Assembly (NCBI GenBank): GCA_902581925.1
Contig: CACHQB010000005.1
Span: forward strand, 6,996 to 70,995
DNA length: 64,000 nucleotides
Direction: 5' to 3'
From: an uncultured Pelagibacteraceae bacterium
Lineage (GTDB): Bacteria > Pseudomonadota > Alphaproteobacteria > Pelagibacterales > Pelagibacteraceae
The notes under the pieces were generated by a model that made no database searches, was not told the DNA's origin, and saw only the letters and a list, made by a program, of their open reading frames with translations. Below are positions 59,164 to 64,000 of this stretch, piece after piece (within the stretch, counting starts at the first letter, position 1; every line of letters starts with the position of its first letter). The position numbers were made by a program, and so were the translations under genes.

Positions 59164-60073
59164 TTTGAGTAAATGCCTCTGCGAATTTTTCGGCCTCAAA
59201 AATTTGTAAATCATCTTCTTTTTCACCTAATCCAAGTGCAATAATTGGTAGTTTATATTTTTTGGCAACAGCTAAAAGAATACCTCCTTTTGCTGTGCCA
59301 TCTAATTTTGTCATAATAAGACCAGTTATTGGAATAATTTTATTAAATTCTTCAACTTGATTAATTACATTTTGGCCAGAAGTTGCATCCAAAACTAAAA
59401 TAACATCATGTGGAGCATCAGGATCAATTTTTTTAGTAACGTTTGCAATTTTTTTATATTCTTCCATCAAATTTTTTTTATTTTGTAGTCTTCCAGCTGT
59501 ATCAATTAAAACTTGGTTAAAATTATTTTTTAATGCTTCTTCAATAGCCTTGTAAGCAACTGATGCAGGATCAGAACCTTGAGATGATTTTATAATTTGA
59601 ACATTAACTTTGTTTGCCCAATTTTCTAGTTGTTCTATAGCTGCTGCTCTAAAAGTATCTGATGCAGCTAGCATTACTTTGTTTCCATTAACCTTTAATA
59701 TTTTGCTTATTTTTCCAATAGTAGTTGTTTTTCCAACACCATTGACACCTGAAATTAATATTGCATTTAATTTTTCTTTTTTTTTGAAGAATTCAACATT
59801 TTCTAAAGGTTTCATAATTGAAATAATATAATTTTTTAAAATATTATTTATTTCTTTGGTTAAATCTTTATTGGGATCAATTTTTGTTTGAGAAATTATT
59901 TCTCTTATTTCTGAAGCAGAAACAATACCAACATCAGATTGAATTAAGTAATCTTCAATTTTGTCTAATGTTTTGTCATCAATCTCTTTTTTTACAACTA
60001 TATCTCTTAAGCCCGTTGTAAAAGCTGAGGCACTTTTTTTAAAACCTGATTTAAATTTTTCAAAAATTCCCAT
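59156..60073 (-). CDS. ftsY: SRP receptor FtsY (NG domain only)
   Basis: GVNGVGKTTT, DTFRAAA, DTAGR, TKLDGTAKGG. Confidence 0.96.
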   Translation of the reverse strand: MGIFEKFKSGFKKSASAFTTGLRDIVVKKEIDDKTLDKIEDYLIQSDVGIVSASEIREIISQTKIDPNKDLTKEINNILKNYIISIMKPLENVEFFKKKEKLNAILISGVNGVGKTTTIGKISKILKVNGNKVMLAASDTFRAAAIEQLENWANKVNVQIIKSSQGSDPASVAYKAIEEALKNNFNQVLIDTAGRLQNKKNLMEEYKKIANVTKKIDPDAPHDVILVLDATSGQNVINQVEEFNKIIPITGLIMTKLDGTAKGGILLAVAKKYKLPIIALGLGEKEDDLQIFEAEKFAEAFTQIN

Positions 60074-60897
60074 TAAATTTTAAAATTTATCTCCTCAATA
60101 TCTGAAACTGGTCCTTTCATATGAATACTGTTGTTTTCATCAATTGAAATTGTCAATCTACCTGTAGAAAATTCAATATCAACTTTATCATTTACCAGTC
60201 CGTTTTGTTTTGCGGCAAAAGCTGTTGCGCAAGCTGCAGTTCCACAAGCTTTGGTAAGTCCAGCTCCTCTTTCCCAAACTCTAACTTTTATCAATTCTTT
60301 GTTAACAACAGTTGCTAAAGTAACATTACATTTTTCTGGAAATAGAGAGTGGGTTTCGATTTTTGGTCCAATTTTTTCAATTTCAAAATTTTCGTTATTA
60401 TCAACAAAAAAAACTACATGTGGGTTTCCAACATTTACAGCAGTTCCACCTGAAAATTCGTTATTATTTTTGTCATTAATTTTAATTCCTAAATTATTCG
60501 TATTTAATTCTTTAGACAATGGAATCTCATCCCATTTTGTTTTTGCAACACCTATTTCTGTAGAAACCATTTTATCTCCAAAAATATTTGATTTTAATTT
60601 GCCAGATAAAGTTGTTAGGACAATTTCTTTTTTGTTATTTTCTTTGCCTAATAAATCAGCAATACATCGCGTACCATTTCCACACGCACCAGACATTCCT
60701 CCATCTGAATTATAAAATTCTAGTGAAGCATCTGAAATATCATTTTTTTTAATCAATATGAGTTGGTCACAACCAATAAATTTTCTGTCACAAATCTTTA
60801 TTATTTGCTCTTTCGTCAAATTTGTAATTGTTTGCCTATTATCTATGATGACAAAATCATTACCTAAACCATCCATTTTAAAAGCTTTAATATCCAT
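60073..60897 (-). CDS. dapF: Diaminopimelate epimerase
   Basis: GLGNDF, CGNGTRC, VGNPH, WERGAGLTKACGTAAC. Confidence 0.96.
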   Translation of the reverse strand: MDIKAFKMDGLGNDFVIIDNRQTITNLTKEQIIKICDRKFIGCDQLILIKKNDISDASLEFYNSDGGMSGACGNGTRCIADLLGKENNKKEIVLTTLSGKLKSNIFGDKMVSTEIGVAKTKWDEIPLSKELNTNNLGIKINDKNNNEFSGGTAVNVGNPHVVFFVDNNENFEIEKIGPKIETHSLFPEKCNVTLATVVNKELIKVRVWERGAGLTKACGTAACATAFAAKQNGLVNDKVDIEFSTGRLTISIDENNSIHMKGPVSDIEEINFKI

Positions 60898-60949
60898 ATA
60901 TAGATATTTAACTTATTTATTGACTTTTTGAACCTCTATTATAGGTTGT

Positions 60950-61054
60950 TGTCGTTTCCGCAAAAACATTAACTTTGCGGTGTCTTTGGAAACAAAGAGA
61001 TCGACACTAGTCAGCGAGGGTTCGCCCACTAGTGCGTTACTGCTATGCGTAATA
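60950..61054 (+). ncRNA. Structured ffh 5' leader (ffh RNA motif-like)
   Basis: GC-rich island with hairpins CCGCAAA/TTTGCGG, TCTTTG-GAAA-CAAAGA and CACTAGT-CA-GCGA-GGGT-TCGC-CC-ACTAGTG. Putative promoter TTGACT (60920)...TAGGTT (60942). Confidence 0.75.
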
Positions 61055-61057
61055 AAT

Positions 61058-62416
61058 ATGTTTGAAAATTTAACAAATAAATTTGAAGAAATTTTTTCTT
61101 CTCTGAAAAAGGCACCTTCACTTGATGAAGCTCAAGTAGATGAAGGTTTGAGAGGCATTAGGCAAGCCTTACTTGAAGCAGATGTCTCTTTGGATGTTGC
61201 CAAAGATTTTATTGAAAAAGTTAAGCCAAAAGCATTAGGCCAAGAGATAATAAGGTCTACCTCTCCTGGGGATATGGTTGTTAAAATTGTTTATGATGAG
61301 CTTGTAGACTTATTAGGTGCAACAAATAATGAGATAAACTTAAACGCAGTACCGCCTGTGCCAATGATGTTAGTTGGTTTACAAGGTTCTGGAAAAACAA
61401 CAACAACAGCAAAATTAGCAAAATTTTTAGAAAACAATAAAAAGAAAAAAGTAATGATGGTAAGTCTAGATATTTATAGACCAGCTGCACAAGAACAACT
61501 TAGATCTTTAGGAGAACAAAATAATATTTTAACTTTACCTATTATAGAAGGTCAGCAACCTGCTGATATTTGTAGAAGAGCAATAAGTGCCGCTAATTTA
61601 AATGGAGCTGAAATAATTTTATTTGATACTGCTGGGAGAACTCAAATCGATTTACAAATGATGAGTGAGATTAAGCAAATTGAAGCTGTCATTAATCCAA
61701 CAGAAACTTTCTTAGTAGCAGACTCTTTAACAGGTCAAGTTGCAGCCTCAGTGGCAAAAGAATTTAAAAATACAGTTAATTTATCTGGAATTATCTTAAC
61801 TAGGGCTGATGGTGATGCAAGAGGTGGAGCCGCAGTGAGTATGAAATATGTTTCAAACGTTCCTATTAAATTTTTAGGGATAGGAGAAAAAATAGATAAT
61901 CTTGAAGTATTCCATCCAGATAGAATTGCAAACAGAATACTTGGTATGGGGGATATCGTATCCCTTGTAGAAAAGGCGGCTCAAGATTTAGGAGAAGAAA
62001 ATCTTAAAAAAGCAGAGGAAAATTTAAAAAAAGGTCAATTCTCTATGGAAGATTATTTATCTCAATTAAGACAAATGAAAAAAATGGGTGGCATTGAGGG
62101 AATTATGTCTTTTATGCCAGGAGTTTCTAAAATTAAATCTCAAATGGATTCAGCTGGAATTGATGAAAGTCTGATTACTAAAAATGAAGCTATTATTTTA
62201 TCAATGACAAAAAAAGAAAGAGAGAACCCAAAAATAATCGATGGTTCTAGAAAAAAAAGAATTGCTAATGGCTCTGGCACAGATCCGGCCACTATCAATA
62301 AATTGCTTAAGCAATTTAAAATGATGTCTGAAATGATGAAAAAGATGTCAAAAGGAAATCTGAAAGGTATATCTGATAAAGGTATACCGCCAGAGCTATT
62401 TAACCAATTAAAGTAA
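61058..62416 (+). CDS. ffh: Signal recognition particle protein Ffh
   Basis: Start set at MFENLT (61058). [29 protein letters not shown], Met-rich M domain with [11 protein letters not shown]. Confidence 0.97.
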   Translation: MFENLTNKFEEIFSSLKKAPSLDEAQVDEGLRGIRQALLEADVSLDVAKDFIEKVKPKALGQEIIRSTSPGDMVVKIVYDELVDLLGATNNEINLNAVPPVPMMLVGLQGSGKTTTTAKLAKFLENNKKKKVMMVSLDIYRPAAQEQLRSLGEQNNILTLPIIEGQQPADICRRAISAANLNGAEIILFDTAGRTQIDLQMMSEIKQIEAVINPTETFLVADSLTGQVAASVAKEFKNTVNLSGIILTRADGDARGGAAVSMKYVSNVPIKFLGIGEKIDNLEVFHPDRIANRILGMGDIVSLVEKAAQDLGEENLKKAEENLKKGQFSMEDYLSQLRQMKKMGGIEGIMSFMPGVSKIKSQMDSAGIDESLITKNEAIILSMTKKERENPKIIDGSRKKRIANGSGTDPATINKLLKQFKMMSEMMKKMSKGNLKGISDKGIPPELFNQLK

Positions 62417-62429
62417 AAAAGGAGAAGAA

Positions 62430-62846
62430 ATGTTAAAATTAAGATTATCAAGAGGTGGAACAAAAAAACGTCCTGTTTATAAGGTTGTTGTTGCCGACAG
62501 TCGTTTTGCAAGAGATGGAAGATTTATAGAAAAGGTTGGTTTCTTTAATCCTCTATTACCAAAAGAGAAAAAAGAAAGAGTGGGCCTAGAGGCTGAGAGA
62601 ATTAAATATTGGCTTGGTCAAGGAGCTCAACCAACAACTAGAGTAGCAAGAATTTTAGGTGAGAACGAACTAATGCCTATGCCTGCAAATGGAAATAATC
62701 CAAATAAAGCAGTGCCAAAAAAAGAGAGAAATAAAAAAGAAGAGGATAATAAAGAAGCTCCAAAAGCAGAAGCAGCTCCAGCAGCAGAAGCTCCTAAGGA
62801 TGAAGCTCCAAAAGCAGAAGCAGCTCCAGCAGAGGAAAAAAAATAA
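62430..62846 (+). CDS. rpsP: 30S ribosomal protein S16
   Basis: [37 protein letters not shown]; Ala/Glu/Pro/Lys tail. Confidence 0.97.
   Translation: MLKLRLSRGGTKKRPVYKVVVADSRFARDGRFIEKVGFFNPLLPKEKKERVGLEAERIKYWLGQGAQPTTRVARILGENELMPMPANGNNPNKAVPKKERNKKEEDNKEAPKAEAAPAAEAPKDEAPKAEAAPAEEKK
62754..62832 (+). repeat. 31-nt exact direct repeat in the rpsP tail
   Basis: GAAGCTCCAAAAGCAGAAGCAGCTCCAGCAG at 62754-84 and 62802-32 ([10 protein letters not shown] twice). Confidence 0.9.
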
Positions 62847-62860
62847 TTTAAAGAGTATTT

Positions 62861-63547
62861 ATGTGGCAAGCTCAAGTGTTTACACTTTATCCAGAGGTTT
62901 TTCCTGGTCCTTTATCTAAAGGACTTTATGGAAAAGCTTTATCAAATAATTTATGGAAACTTAAAGTTGTAAACATAAGAGATGCAGCTGATGACAAACA
63001 TAAAACAGTAGATGATACACCTTATGGGGGTGGTTCAGGAATGTTGTTAAAAGCAGATGTTCTTGCAAAGTCTTTAGATGAAAACAAAAATGAGAGTGAG
63101 AGAATTTTATACTTATCACCAAAAGGAAAAAAATTTGATCAAAATTTAGCAAAAGAGCTAGCTAATGAAAAATCTCTGTCTTTAATTTGTGGTCATTTTG
63201 AAGGTGTGGATGAAAGAATACTTTCAACAAGAAATATTGAGGAAATTAGTATTGGAGATTATGTTTTGTCAGGCGGGGAGTCAGCGGCATATGTAGTTAT
63301 AGATAGTATTTTAAGATTGCTGCCAGGTGTATTAGGAAATAAAAACTCTAAATTAGATGAAACCTTTGAAAATGGTCTTCTAGAGTACCCTCAGTATACA
63401 AAACCTCAAATTTGGGAGGAAAAAGCTGTACCAGACGTACTATTATCAGGTGATCATAATAAAATTAAACACTGGCGTTTATCTCAATCTGAGGCTATAA
63501 CACGCGTCCGAAGACCAGATTTATGGGAAAAATATAAGAAGAATTAA
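62861..63547 (+). CDS. trmD: tRNA (guanine37-N1)-methyltransferase
   Basis: [40 protein letters not shown]. Confidence 0.97.
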   Translation: MWQAQVFTLYPEVFPGPLSKGLYGKALSNNLWKLKVVNIRDAADDKHKTVDDTPYGGGSGMLLKADVLAKSLDENKNESERILYLSPKGKKFDQNLAKELANEKSLSLICGHFEGVDERILSTRNIEEISIGDYVLSGGESAAYVVIDSILRLLPGVLGNKNSKLDETFENGLLEYPQYTKPQIWEEKAVPDVLLSGDHNKIKHWRLSQSEAITRVRRPDLWEKYKKN

Positions 63548-63563
63548 TTTGATAAATATTAAC

Positions 63564-64000
63564 ATGAAAACAATTGAAGAAATAAACCAGCATAACGTTA
63601 AAAAAATTCTTTCAGAGAAAAAAATTCCAGAATTTTATCCTGGAGACGTTGTTAAAGTTGGTGTGAGAATTACTGAGGGTAAAAAAGAAAGAATTCAATA
63701 TTTTGAGGGAGTGTGTATTGCTAAAAAAAGCAGAGATCTAAACTCATCTTTTACGGTTAGAAAAATTTCATTTGGAGAGGGTGTTGAGAGAACTTTCCCA
63801 CTATTTGGAACTTTAATTGACTCAATTAAGGTTATTAGATCAGGTAAAGTAAGAAGAGCAAAACTTTATTATCTAAGAGACAGAACTGGTAAATCAGCAA
63901 GGATTGCAGAAAAAATTAGAAAAAAAATTGGTATTGATATAGAGGCAAAACCAGAAACAGTTACAGAGGAAAATGTAGCTCCTGCAGTTGAAGTAACTAA
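63564..64000 (+). CDS. rplS: 50S ribosomal protein L19, runs off window end
   Basis: Not in ORF track. MKTIEEIN...[11 protein letters not shown]...[11 protein letters not shown]...[17 protein letters not shown]...[12 protein letters not shown]. Confidence 0.96.
   Translation, partial: MKTIEEINQHNVKKILSEKKIPEFYPGDVVKVGVRITEGKKERIQYFEGVCIAKKSRDLNSSFTVRKISFGEGVERTFPLFGTLIDSIKVIRSGKVRRAKLYYLRDRTGKSARIAEKIRKKIGIDIEAKPETVTEENVAPAVEVT

Noticed and set aside
60131-60715. 194-aa + strand ORF
   Set aside because: Antisense shadow of dapF with no motif.
60980-61057. 26-aa N-terminal extension of Ffh in the ORF track (GTG start)
   Set aside because: Ffh proteins begin MF(E/D)xL, and this stretch is better explained as a structured RNA leader.
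62754-62832. Direct repeat as a CRISPR or mobile-element trace
   Set aside because: Only two copies, in frame, encoding a low-complexity S16 tail; no cas or transposase genes.
1295-63152. Many 60-124 aa ORFs nested in or antisense to clear genes (e.g. 2327-2689, 8546-8899, 33644-34018, 42010-42339, 55301-55603, 62140-62511, 62627-62919)
   Set aside because: They overlap well-supported genes, have shadow-ORF composition and lack recognisable motifs.
1-64000. tRNA, rRNA, prophage, integrase or IS elements
   Set aside because: None recognised by eye; intergenic gaps are short and lack cloverleafs or terminal repeats. A covariance-model scan would be needed to exclude small RNAs fully.

Overview
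Very AT-rich, densely packed alphaproteobacterial chromosome segment. Gene content, tiny intergenic gaps and Lys/Asn-rich proteins point to SAR11 (Ca. Pelagibacter-like); this is an inference. Housekeeping blocks are acs/tsaD/hemCD/folD, argG, yciB/hspQ, ccmCDEFGH and ftsY/dapF/ffh/rpsP/trmD/rplS. Accessory modules are: an acetate-type SSS transporter; a fluoroacetate-type dehalogenase + TauD dioxygenase + AEC permease; a two-photolyase UV-repair cluster; a glycolate oxidation operon; a GAF-PAS-Fis regulator lacking its AAA+ domain, divergent from an alcohol dehydrogenase + glycerol-type ABC importer; and two Tat-exported TRAP systems. The two TRAP systems share a set of cis elements, including an identically placed hairpin inside the signal-peptide coding region. 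Non-coding candidates are a structured ffh leader and an orphan stem-loop with an anti-Shine-Dalgarno loop between hspQ and ccmC. Four genes absent from the ORF track were added: the SSS transporter, a DUF2256-like protein, a 58-aa membrane protein and rplS. I saw no tRNA, rRNA, CRISPR array, integrase or transposase. All family calls come from motif recognition by eye, not database searches.
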